A stretch of DNA of 64,000 nucleotides from assembly GCA_964487135.1 (NCBI GenBank), contig CAZAOU010000001.1:8542-72541 (forward strand). The letters are read 5' to 3'. The translations under genes were made by a program, and so were the position numbers. This document shows positions 30,825-39,170 of this stretch, in pieces (the stretch's first letter is position 1; each line of letters starts with the position of its first letter). The notes beneath the pieces are model-generated. The model did not search any database. It saw only the letters and a program-made list of their open reading frames with translations, and had not been told where the DNA came from. The stretch is from an uncultured Candidatus Saccharibacteria bacterium. GTDB lineage: Bacteria > Patescibacteriota > Minisyncoccia > Phycocordibacterales > CAIRYW01.

Positions 30825-31517
30825 TTACCTTATCAATGTTCCCTCAAAACTCTCACCTTCTATACATCTTTTAAGCTCAGTAACATTTTTTCCATTCATT
30901 ATTGCAACTTCAATTTTTTGTTTTTCTGCTTCCCTACTAGCAATGGGGTCAAATGGTGATGAGAGGCCCGGATCCCATTTTTTGGGAATTATTTTTCTAA
31001 ATTCTTTCCAGTTTATTTTTTCTATCTTTTTTGCATCAGTATTTGTTCGTGGATCTTTGTCATATACATAATCAATATTTGAAAGATTTATCATTTTTTT
31101 TGCACCAAATCTTTTAGCGAGAAGCACCGCATCATAATCTGTGCTCCACCCTGGTTTCCAACCGGCTGCAACAAGCACTCGTTTTTTAAAAGAAATTTTC
31201 TCGTAAGGATCTTTTACAATAACCTCTTCAGCATGCGGAACTAAAAGGGTTTTTACCAAATGGGCGTTAAGCCTAGTTGCATGAATTCCAATCCAATCAA
31301 TGTCACTTGATCGCAGTTTTGTAACAGCCGAAGCAGACTCTTGATATCGTCTAGCAGTTTTTCCACCTCCACATATAACAATAAATCGCTTTCCTTTGGC
31401 AACTTCTTTTTTTATTAACTCGGTAAATTTTTTAAGAAAATCAGTGTCAATTTGATCTGGAACTATAAGAGATCCTCCAACAGAAATTACTATCGGTGCC
31501 TGTTTAGTGTTTTTCAT
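30825..31517 (-). CDS. pyrH: amino-acid-kinase family protein, putative archaeal-type UMP kinase
   Basis: IVISVGGSLI ... FIVICGGGKTARRY carbamate-kinase-fold motifs; 230 aa. Confidence 0.5.
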   Translation of the reverse strand: MKNTKQAPIVISVGGSLIVPDQIDTDFLKKFTELIKKEVAKGKRFIVICGGGKTARRYQESASAVTKLRSSDIDWIGIHATRLNAHLVKTLLVPHAEEVIVKDPYEKISFKKRVLVAAGWKPGWSTDYDAVLLAKRFGAKKMINLSNIDYVYDKDPRTNTDAKKIEKINWKEFRKIIPKKWDPGLSSPFDPIASREAEKQKIEVAIMNGKNVTELKRCIEGESFEGTLIR

Positions 31518-31525
31518 TTATACCC

Positions 31526-32104
31526 TTATTTTATCAGCTTTAAACGTCGTAGTCTAGAAATATTAATAGTGCCTTCTCTCTCAACCCTAAAGCCAATTTT
31601 TGGGTTATGGGAGAGAATTGTTGAAGGGGTGGTCTTTGTTCTTCCTGAAGTATAAAAATCAACCTGTGAGCCAAAATAAGCCTTTGCCGCAAGAACTCCC
31701 CTGGCAGGTGGCATTCCTTCAATATTAGCGCTTGGTGCTACCAACGGACCCGTTTTCGCAATAAGACTCTTTAATTTCTTGTTTTTAGGAAGACGAAAAC
31801 ACAAAGTTTTAGTTCCTCGGTGTAAATATTCAAATTTCTTAGATTGAACAGGAAAAATAATTGATACTGGCCCTGGCCATAATTTTGAAAGCTCTTTTGG
31901 AACATTTTTTACTCCAAATTTTTTAATGTCATCAATTTTAGAAATAAGAATAATAAATGGCTTAAGGGGATTTCTTTTTCTTACTTTATATATTTTCTCA
32001 ACTGTTTTTTTATTTTCTGCCTTCCCCACTAAACCAAAAATAGTGTCGGTCGGCATAACACCAATTCCCCCTTTTTTAATAATAGAAATTATTTCTTTTT
32101 TCAC
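31526..32104 (-). CDS. tsaC: L-threonylcarbamoyladenylate synthase (YrdC/Sua5 domain)
   Basis: GGIGVMPTDTIFGLVGKAENKKTVEKIYKVRKRNPLKPFIIL is the YrdC signature. Confidence 0.8.
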   Translation of the reverse strand: MKKEIISIIKKGGIGVMPTDTIFGLVGKAENKKTVEKIYKVRKRNPLKPFIILISKIDDIKKFGVKNVPKELSKLWPGPVSIIFPVQSKKFEYLHRGTKTLCFRLPKNKKLKSLIAKTGPLVAPSANIEGMPPARGVLAAKAYFGSQVDFYTSGRTKTTPSTILSHNPKIGFRVEREGTINISRLRRLKLIK

Positions 32105-34320
32105 ACCCTCATAATACGGAAAGTTCCAAATCCTGCAAGAATAAGACCTATAATAATTAATAATTTGGAATACAATTCTTTCGGTAGGGCTACAGAGGAA
32201 ACCCCAGCAACAAGTTCAGTATTTTTTATTGGTAAAGTAGTGCTAGCTGTTAAAGAGTCTTCTATTTTTTTTGAGTCCTCTGCGCCCAATACATCTCCAA
32301 CAAATTCATCCTCCTCAGTATTATTAGAAATAATATTTTTAATTTCTGGTGTAGTTGTTGAAGCAAAAGAAATTATAGTTGAAGTGGCTGATGTAGAGCT
32401 TGCAACACCAACAATTTCGCCACCCACTGTATTATTAATTACAGTATTCTGCTTAGAAACATTCTGCAAAATAGTGTCCCAAGTTTTTCCTGAAACAGCA
32501 GGAACAGCATAAGAAGTAGCCCAGATTCTATTGTCAGTTGTTTCTGTAGCATCCTTCATTCCACCATCTGATTGTTGTTTACTCCACAGATAGTCAAACG
32601 AATTATTTCCACTTTTCAAAATAGTTTCAGGATTATTTTCTAAAGCATAAAGACCCAAAACAAACCAAGCCGTTGAAGAAACAGGATCGACATTTCCAAA
32701 AGATCCGTCGTTATTTTGACTAGCTATCACCGCCTGAGAAAGATTTGCTTTTGCAGAATCTGCACCAGAATTTGAAATAAGTGATAACGCCTGCAAAGTA
32801 GCCCCAGCAGTATCAGGATCATTAATATTAGATATATTATTTAGAACGACTTCACCGGCCTTTTTTATAATATCTTCATCAGCCTCAAAGCCAACATTTC
32901 TTAAAACCAAAATTCCAAAAACATCATCATTAAACAGTCCTGCCTCGCCTATTTGATTACCGTCAAAGGAAGAAACTGTTTTGGAAATGTAATCTATAGG
33001 ACCATCAGAATAAGGATTTAAACCGAGTGCAAGCATTGCCATGACTCGTCTTTCATAATCAGTCACCGCACTTCCATCAAGAGAATCTGTTTTTAGAAAT
33101 TCTCTTAATTTATTTTTTGCATCATCATGCCCAGTTGATGCTCCGTATGCAATTGACGCCCAGTCGGTATACAAATCTGCCCCAAAACTTCCGTCAGTTT
33201 TTTGTTTTGAATCAAGAAAAGTGAGTAAAGTTTCAAGGTTGGGTTTATTGTGCGAAATTCCCCCTCCACCACCACCTGAATTATTTGTATTAGATTCTGT
33301 AGTTGTAGAAGTAGAATCTGTAGATGTTGCAGAAGAAGTTGCAACAAAATCAACAATATCGTAAGACCAAGTTGGATAATAATAATCATCCTTAAAACCA
33401 AAATAATAAGTACTTGTTGCTATCAAAGAAAACGATGACTGACCCAAAGAATCTGTTGTTGATGTAGCAACTTCAATTGGAGACCAAGGATTACTTGGAT
33501 CAGGTAAAGTTGCCCCTACAACACTTCCATCAATAGGTATCCAAGTATTGTCACTGTAACTGTATCTTTGAGCTTCAATTTTAAAAGTTGTATTAGTGGT
33601 TGTAGCAACATCAGGAACAACTATCCTTTTTGAATAACCAAAATAAAGATAAATTGTATCTCCGTTAGAAACAGAAACATCATCAACACCAACGTATGGA
33701 TAAGTGTCATTTACAACATACTGCCAGTTATAACATTCATTAGATCCCAAAGAAGCTATGTTGATACAATTTATAATAAATGAATCAAATGATGAATAAT
33801 ATGCTAAGTCAGAAATATTTAATTCTTCACTTAAAGCATCGGCTATAGACACTAAAGAAAGAACACTGCTAGAAGGAATGGATCGGGCTGTTCCAGTATT
33901 ATCCGTAACATCAATGTTTGGTGTCTCGGGCAAATCAACCACATCATCAAAAACAATATTTTCTCCATGTCTAACGATCACCCTAACACCTTGAGTGGTT
34001 GAAGAAGTTGATTCAGAAGAAAATGAGCTTGTTTCAGTTAATTCTTCAGTAGTTGTCGCTAAATTTATTTCTGGCTCTGTAATAATTTCTTCTGTAGTGG
34101 TTGAATTATCATTTTCTTCAATAATCCCTTGAGTCTCGGTGTTGTCTTCAACGGTTGAAGTTTCTAACCCTGAATCATTACTGTCAGTAACCACTTCTTC
34201 TGAGGAATTAGTTGTGTCAGTTTCAATAACAATCTCTTCATCAGCAAAAACAAATATTGGATTTAAAATCAAAATACCAACAACAGTAATTCCTATAAAT
34301 TTTTTAATAATTTTTTTCAT
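32101..34320 (-). CDS. large secreted, C-terminally anchored surface protein with Thr/Ser-rich linkers and prenyltransferase/squalene-oxidase-like repeats
   Basis: signal peptide MKKIIKKFIGITVVGILILNPIFVFA; acidic T/S-rich stretches and a poly-Gly run; repeated DGSFG/DGGM alpha-toroid-like motifs; C-terminal hydrophobic anchor. Confidence 0.5.
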   Translation of the reverse strand: MKKIIKKFIGITVVGILILNPIFVFADEEIVIETDTTNSSEEVVTDSNDSGLETSTVEDNTETQGIIEENDNSTTTEEIITEPEINLATTTEELTETSSFSSESTSSTTQGVRVIVRHGENIVFDDVVDLPETPNIDVTDNTGTARSIPSSSVLSLVSIADALSEELNISDLAYYSSFDSFIINCINIASLGSNECYNWQYVVNDTYPYVGVDDVSVSNGDTIYLYFGYSKRIVVPDVATTTNTTFKIEAQRYSYSDNTWIPIDGSVVGATLPDPSNPWSPIEVATSTTDSLGQSSFSLIATSTYYFGFKDDYYYPTWSYDIVDFVATSSATSTDSTSTTTESNTNNSGGGGGGISHNKPNLETLLTFLDSKQKTDGSFGADLYTDWASIAYGASTGHDDAKNKLREFLKTDSLDGSAVTDYERRVMAMLALGLNPYSDGPIDYISKTVSSFDGNQIGEAGLFNDDVFGILVLRNVGFEADEDIIKKAGEVVLNNISNINDPDTAGATLQALSLISNSGADSAKANLSQAVIASQNNDGSFGNVDPVSSTAWFVLGLYALENNPETILKSGNNSFDYLWSKQQSDGGMKDATETTDNRIWATSYAVPAVSGKTWDTILQNVSKQNTVINNTVGGEIVGVASSTSATSTIISFASTTTPEIKNIISNNTEEDEFVGDVLGAEDSKKIEDSLTASTTLPIKNTELVAGVSSVALPKELYSKLLIIIGLILAGFGTFRIMRV

Positions 34321-34807
34321 ATTTCCACTCAATAACATCACCCTCTTTTAATATGTAAGAAGAAACTCCGACAGTCGCCTCCTTTCCATTTATGTAATAA
34401 ATCCACGAATAACCGTTTTCTGCTTTTTTACCGTTTATTTCTTCCACCATAGTTCCTAAACCACTAAATTCTTTACCCCTAAAAAACAAAATTCCTTCAT
34501 TTTTTGCTATTGTGAGTGAATCAAGTAATGTATCTCCTGCTGTAAATTTTAAAGAAATTGTTTTTCCTTCGATAATAGTGTCTGCGTGAAGATAATTTAT
34601 TTTTTTGTCAGAAGCTTTTTTTATTTCTGTAGGTTTTGGGGTATTTTTAAAATCCTCATACGTTTCCTCATAATTGGAATTAACTTCTACGGATTGAGCA
34701 ACTTCATCTTTTTTAAAAAACAAAAATCCACCCCAAACAATCAAAATAATTCCAATAATAATTGAAGTTTTTTCTATTAATTTTTCTTTTTTGATTACTA
34801 TTTTCAT
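34304..34807 (-). CDS. DUF4430-domain protein (membrane-anchored)
   Basis: N-terminal TM helix; C-terminal GYSWIYYINGKEATVGVSSYILKEGDVIEWKY matches the DUF4430 beta-grasp signature; start at MKIVIKK. Confidence 0.6.
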   Translation of the reverse strand: MKIVIKKEKLIEKTSIIIGIILIVWGGFLFFKKDEVAQSVEVNSNYEETYEDFKNTPKPTEIKKASDKKINYLHADTIIEGKTISLKFTAGDTLLDSLTIAKNEGILFFRGKEFSGLGTMVEEINGKKAENGYSWIYYINGKEATVGVSSYILKEGDVIEWKYEKNY

Positions 34808-35018
34808 ACAACAAAAAAAACCGCCCGTCCAAAGCAGTTTCAAAATTTATTTTGCTATAAAAATTATTAGCAAAATATTTTCCTGCTCGGGATAATAAAG
34901 ATTTTCTAAAGATCGGACTTGTTTTGCTAAATTGCAAACTTTACCGTTGCGGCACAGCGGAGGAATCAAACCTCACTTCCATAGAAAACCTATTTACGAA
35001 TCAATGAACAATAATACT

Positions 35019-35555
35019 TTATGCCCTTATCTTAGACTTTGCAACTTCCAAACCATACTGCGAAACAGGAACACTAACTCTGGCAAGAGCTTTTTCTATT
35101 AAAGGACTAAGAATAAGAGTGAATAATACTCCGCCCATCAAGTGCATTGCTGTAAAAGGAATTTGCCCAACAAACGCAACCGCAATCGAGCCACCAGAAA
35201 TCATTGGCCCCAAAACAATACCGGTCATAAAATCATAAAAAATAATTGAAATTACGGAAAAAGAAACATAAGAGGTTCTAGAAAATGGTTTTTTAGCAAA
35301 ATATAAGTGACTAAAAAGACCCAAAACAGCATACATGCCTCCAGTAGTCCAAGTGTATCCACCAATTCCAGCAGTTAGTAAATCGTGAAGGAATATACTT
35401 AAAAACCCAAAGAAAGCCATTTCCAGAGCACTAATTTTTTTAGAAAAAGGCATCATTACAGAAAGTAACGGCTCAACATTAGGTGGTCTAAAAGGCACAA
35501 GCCGATAAATAGCTGCAAAAATAAATCCAGTAACAAGTAATATTCTTTCTTTCAT
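35019..35555 (-). CDS. polytopic membrane protein, possibly an ECF-transporter S component
   Basis: 178 aa, ~5-6 TM segments, G-rich TM motifs; sits directly upstream of the DUF4430 gene, as commonly seen with vitamin ECF-S / DUF4430 pairs. Confidence 0.3.
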   Translation of the reverse strand: MKERILLVTGFIFAAIYRLVPFRPPNVEPLLSVMMPFSKKISALEMAFFGFLSIFLHDLLTAGIGGYTWTTGGMYAVLGLFSHLYFAKKPFSRTSYVSFSVISIIFYDFMTGIVLGPMISGGSIAVAFVGQIPFTAMHLMGGVLFTLILSPLIEKALARVSVPVSQYGLEVAKSKIRA

Positions 35556-35604
35556 AATTTTTAACTAGACCATTCTACAAGACTTGCCAACACTTGCGCA
35601 AGTT

Positions 35605-36162
35605 TTATATCTCTGTCATTTTTATAATTTCAGATAATACTTCAGGAAGAGTTGTAAAACCACTTCTTCCATTGAGATGACCTCCATTTTTTATTATTGT
35701 AAGTGAAGCGCCAAGATTTTTAGACAGAAATTCTGCGTCAGAAAGAGGAACAAGTGGATCATTATCTCCATGAATAACTGCAAATTTGTTCACCTTTGAT
35801 TTTATTGCTTCAAAATCAAAATCTTTTTCTAGAAAAACATTTACTTTTTCATTATCTGTTTTATGTGCTGGCCCAGAAACCAAAACAACCCCTTTCACAT
35901 TCTTAGCAGATGTTTTTTCAAGAAATCGAAGAATTGCAGGCACACCAAGACTATGCCCTACTAGAAAAATCTCATCATTTTGATTTCTTTCAACGTGTCT
36001 TTCAATCTCTTCTACCCATTCGCTACAAACTGGAGTTTCAGGACTTGGCATTGATAGAGCGCAAGCATAAACATCTTTTTTCTCAAGCTCACCCATAAGA
36101 TAAGGGCGCCATCCCCCATTTGGACTCCCTTCAAAACCATGAACAATAAAAACTTTTTTCAT
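35605..36162 (-). CDS. alpha/beta-hydrolase, YdeN/RBBP9-like serine hydrolase
   Basis: MKKVFIVHGFEGSP...; nucleophile elbow GHSLG; ...HGDNDPLVP...GGHLN. Confidence 0.6.
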   Translation of the reverse strand: MKKVFIVHGFEGSPNGGWRPYLMGELEKKDVYACALSMPSPETPVCSEWVEEIERHVERNQNDEIFLVGHSLGVPAILRFLEKTSAKNVKGVVLVSGPAHKTDNEKVNVFLEKDFDFEAIKSKVNKFAVIHGDNDPLVPLSDAEFLSKNLGASLTIIKNGGHLNGRSGFTTLPEVLSEIIKMTEI

Positions 36163-36179
36163 GGGAATAATATAACATA

Positions 36180-36965
36180 GTGGCTTACCAAAATCTCTTT
36201 TGGTATGATGTCTTTATTATGAAAAGACGAATATACATAAGTTTATTAGTGCTTGTTGTAGCGATAGTTGTTTTATTAACTATTTTTCCTAAAACCACCT
36301 CCCATATTGAATTAACAACTCCAAATAATAAAGAAAATATATCTGAAAATAATTCCAACACTTCATCTACAACAGATTCTGCAACAAAATTAGTTTTATC
36401 AAAACCTCAGAGCCCTGAATGGGAAGTTTTTCAAAAATATATTACTTTTGCTAAAAACCATGATTTGGAAGGAATAAAAACACTTTCATACCAAATTTCA
36501 GAAACTTGCAAAGATAAAAATTTAGAAAAACAGTGTTTTGCTTTGATGGACAATGTGTATCAGATCGGCTCAAATCTCAAAGAATCAAACTATGTAAACA
36601 AATGGTCTGATGGCAAACAAATAATAATCTCAACAAATCCTGTTAAAAAAACTGAGGGAGATAATGTTGGATATCAGCAAGGTTTTATTATTTTCACAAA
36701 AGATAACTCGGGAAATTTAAAACTTTTAGGGTTAGATCCATACAAAAGTGTTTATTTGTCTAAAAAAGATTTCTCGGCAACGGAATTAGAAACAAGACTA
36801 AAAGCAATGCTTGCCGATAGTGATAAAGATGGACTGTATGACGAAGAAGAAAATTGTTCTGGAATATATTCAAATCCTAAATGCATAAAAACTAATCCAA
36901 ACAAAAGAGATTCTGATGGCGATGGTTGGTGGGATAGAATAAATTCTCTGTTTTATAAAAATTAA
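36180..36965 (+). CDS. secreted hypothetical protein with C-terminal DxDxDG calcium-binding-like repeats
   Basis: TM/signal segment RIYISLLVLVVAIVVLLTIF; DSDKDGLYDEE and DSDGDGWWD motifs. Confidence 0.4.
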   Translation: MAYQNLFWYDVFIMKRRIYISLLVLVVAIVVLLTIFPKTTSHIELTTPNNKENISENNSNTSSTTDSATKLVLSKPQSPEWEVFQKYITFAKNHDLEGIKTLSYQISETCKDKNLEKQCFALMDNVYQIGSNLKESNYVNKWSDGKQIIISTNPVKKTEGDNVGYQQGFIIFTKDNSGNLKLLGLDPYKSVYLSKKDFSATELETRLKAMLADSDKDGLYDEEENCSGIYSNPKCIKTNPNKRDSDGDGWWDRINSLFYKN

Positions 36966-36988
36966 ATAGAGGTTAGATAAAAAAATGC

Positions 36989-37024
36989 GCGCCAGCCGGA
37001 CTTGCGTTCGGCTGGCGCTTTTTT
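36989..37024. terminator. GC-rich bidirectional intrinsic terminator (gcgccagccg-10 nt-cggctggcgc, T6)
   Basis: 10-bp perfect stem followed by tttttt on + and attttttta on the reverse complement; marks the left edge of GC-rich island D. Confidence 0.55.
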
Positions 37025-37046
37025 ACATAGGCGATTTTGGTTGGTC

Positions 37047-38159
37047 TTAACCCCGACGATCCTTCCCGAGGAACACGACTCTCGGGCAAACCACTGTGGG
37101 ATTCTGGAAGTAAACGTTCGGCTGAATTAGCGCGTCCGTTGCATCTTTCCAGATCCAGTTTTGCGGTGAAAACTTCATCGTAACCGTCGGCGGATTCTTC
37201 AGGTTGTAGTAGCTGAAGGTTCCAGTAATTCCGAAGGATGTTACCCCTTCTTCGTAGTAGAGTTTTACCCCAGGAAACGTCACCTTGATACGATCGCCGG
37301 CGAGTTTAAACTGGGGCTTCACAGGTTTTGTTCCGGGAATAATTACCCCGTTACTGTCGGTAATCGCGACGTTAGTCAGCCCACTGAGGAGCTTCGAGTC
37401 GGCGACACTGAACCACAACTCAAACTCCATGTTCTCGCTGTGCACCTGCATATTCTCAACATTGACGGAAATCACCCCGAGCGTAACTCGGCGACCACCA
37501 ACCTTGAGGTAGTCAACCATCGGCGGAACGATACTTTGCCCTGCCTTGACCTGAACTCTCCCGCGCGGATAGTAGCCTGATACCACAGTGTGATAATTCC
37601 CCACCGTGCTCGCGTTATACATCCACCAGATCTCTGTGTTGTCGTCAGCGTCGAGGTAGTTCAAACTGACTCGAATTGTCTCACCGCCGTGTTGATATGC
37701 ACGACCACCCACGAGTCCGTAGACGACGTAGGATTGGTAAGCACCGTTCGGACGAATGAGATCATCCTGAATCGGCAGGACGAATTCGCCTTGCTGACCG
37801 GAAATAATCGGGAGTCGCCCCACGACTTTTTCTTTGATGTCGTGAACTTCCTGAACCTCGCCGTTTTTGTCGACAACTGCTTTTACGGTGTCATCTTGAG
37901 CGACAGCGACCAGGGCATCGAAAACTTCCGCGGGCCCACTGATGTTGAGGTGGAGAGCCGAGACGTCGCTCGGCCCAGTTCCGATTCCGTGATGAATCCG
38001 GAGAACCTCACCGAGGGTTCCGGGAACGAGATTGGTGCTCGGCAATTGAGCCCCCTCAAGGATTTCGATGTGGACTTTCGCCAACACCTGGTTGGGCGTG
38101 GCGATTAGGGCGAAGATCGTCGCGAAGGCGACGATCATAACAGACTTCAGTTGCTTCAT
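37047..38159 (-). CDS. secreted hypothetical protein of GC-rich island D
   Basis: GC-rich codons; signal peptide MKQLKSVMIVAFATIFALIATPNQVLA (start at 38159; the longer ORF runs to 38231); beta-rich, no known motif. Confidence 0.45.
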   Translation of the reverse strand: MKQLKSVMIVAFATIFALIATPNQVLAKVHIEILEGAQLPSTNLVPGTLGEVLRIHHGIGTGPSDVSALHLNISGPAEVFDALVAVAQDDTVKAVVDKNGEVQEVHDIKEKVVGRLPIISGQQGEFVLPIQDDLIRPNGAYQSYVVYGLVGGRAYQHGGETIRVSLNYLDADDNTEIWWMYNASTVGNYHTVVSGYYPRGRVQVKAGQSIVPPMVDYLKVGGRRVTLGVISVNVENMQVHSENMEFELWFSVADSKLLSGLTNVAITDSNGVIIPGTKPVKPQFKLAGDRIKVTFPGVKLYYEEGVTSFGITGTFSYYNLKNPPTVTMKFSPQNWIWKDATDALIQPNVYFQNPTVVCPRVVFLGKDRRG

Positions 38160-38377
38160 AGGAAAAACCGGCTTGTTAGCCGGCGTAGTTTTTTTTGCTT
38201 TGGGTTTTTCGTTTAACCTAAGGCTGTCCATTCGCAGGCAACAAGCTTTCGCTTATGCTTTTGTAAAGTACAACAAAAAACTGCCATTCAGCAGTTTTCC
38301 TAGGTTGTTGCGATTATAGCATACTTTTATAAATATGTAAATACTTAACTCTCCAACCCTTAGGTTAATTAAAATAA

Positions 38378-38406
38378 TTGACAAAACCTAATATAAATTT
38401 TATAGT
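38378..38406 (+). promoter_or_regulatory. near-consensus sigma70 promoter TTGACA-17-TATAGT in the AT-rich divergent spacer of island D
   Basis: -35 at 38378-38383, exact 17-nt spacer, -10 at 38401-38406; drives the 38514 gene. Confidence 0.5.
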
Positions 38407-38513
38407 ACACAAACGTTCTTTCCAGATTAAGACCAAAAGCCGAGTGGCCAAGGTTATCATCCTGCAAAGACCAAACAAGACCGAAAACAAACAGAAACCA
38501 CCGTATCAACCGT

Positions 38514-39095
38514 ATGAAAAACCTCACTGCCCTCGTCGCCCAATTTCCGGTCGCCGAGTTCAAATCACCAACAAACAAAGTCCAAGAAGGCGAAACCGTC
38601 CTCGGGGTTCTCCCCGACGATCTCAAACGTCTCTGGGGCTTCCTCCAGTCGCTTCGAGAGAAGCACAAACCTGAACTGAAGCGTCTCTCCGATGAGCACA
38701 TGAAACTGAACGCGGCCTTCTTGGCCGACCACATGACCGGAAGTCTCGACAAATCGGGCAAGCACAACCACGCGGCTTGCGAAGCCAGGCAACGCGAAAT
38801 CATGGACCTCGCAACCCAATACAAGGGCCTTACCGACGAGATCGACGCGATCGCGCGCATCTTCTGGGACTCGGTGCGTGTGGAGTTCAACGCCTTTGAC
38901 GCCGACCAGATCGGTCTCCGTGAGAAGGGTCAAGTCGTCGCCATGAAGAGCAAGAAATACGAGACGATCGAATTCGAGGGAAATTTCGCCGACCTCGGCG
39001 AACTACTCGAAACCATCAGTCGCGGTTTCCGCACGCCTCCGCGTCGCGGTCGTCGCACGGGCTTCTTCAGTCAAATCTTCGGCAACGGTCACTAG
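38514..39095 (+). CDS. hypothetical protein of GC-rich island D
   Basis: 193 aa GC-rich ORF MKNLTALVAQFPVAEFKS...; no recognisable family. Confidence 0.4.
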   Translation: MKNLTALVAQFPVAEFKSPTNKVQEGETVLGVLPDDLKRLWGFLQSLREKHKPELKRLSDEHMKLNAAFLADHMTGSLDKSGKHNHAACEARQREIMDLATQYKGLTDEIDAIARIFWDSVRVEFNAFDADQIGLREKGQVVAMKSKKYETIEFEGNFADLGELLETISRGFRTPPRRGRRTGFFSQIFGNGH

Positions 39096-39120
39096 ACCGT
39101 CCTCAAGTCTATCTGACATC

Positions 39121-39154
39121 TACCCAAGCCCCTAAAGCTTGGGTAGAATTTTTA
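39121..39154 (+). terminator. intrinsic terminator after the island D gene (tacccaagc-ccctaaa-gcttgggta, then gaattttta)
   Basis: 9-bp stem followed by a T-run 25 nt after the stop. Confidence 0.4.
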
Positions 39155-39170
39155 TACTAAAAAGTATTTA

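Noticed and set aside
34808-35018. Cobalamin riboswitch in the leader of the DUF4430 gene
   Set aside because: Could not find the B12-box (GCCACUG-like) or the conserved GGUGC...GAAA..GG core; only a generic GC hairpin is present
38369-38933. 173-aa and 122-aa minus-strand ORFs overlapping the island D promoter and plus-strand gene
   Set aside because: GC-rich DNA generates long antisense ORFs; they cross the TTGACA-17-TATAGT promoter and lack signals
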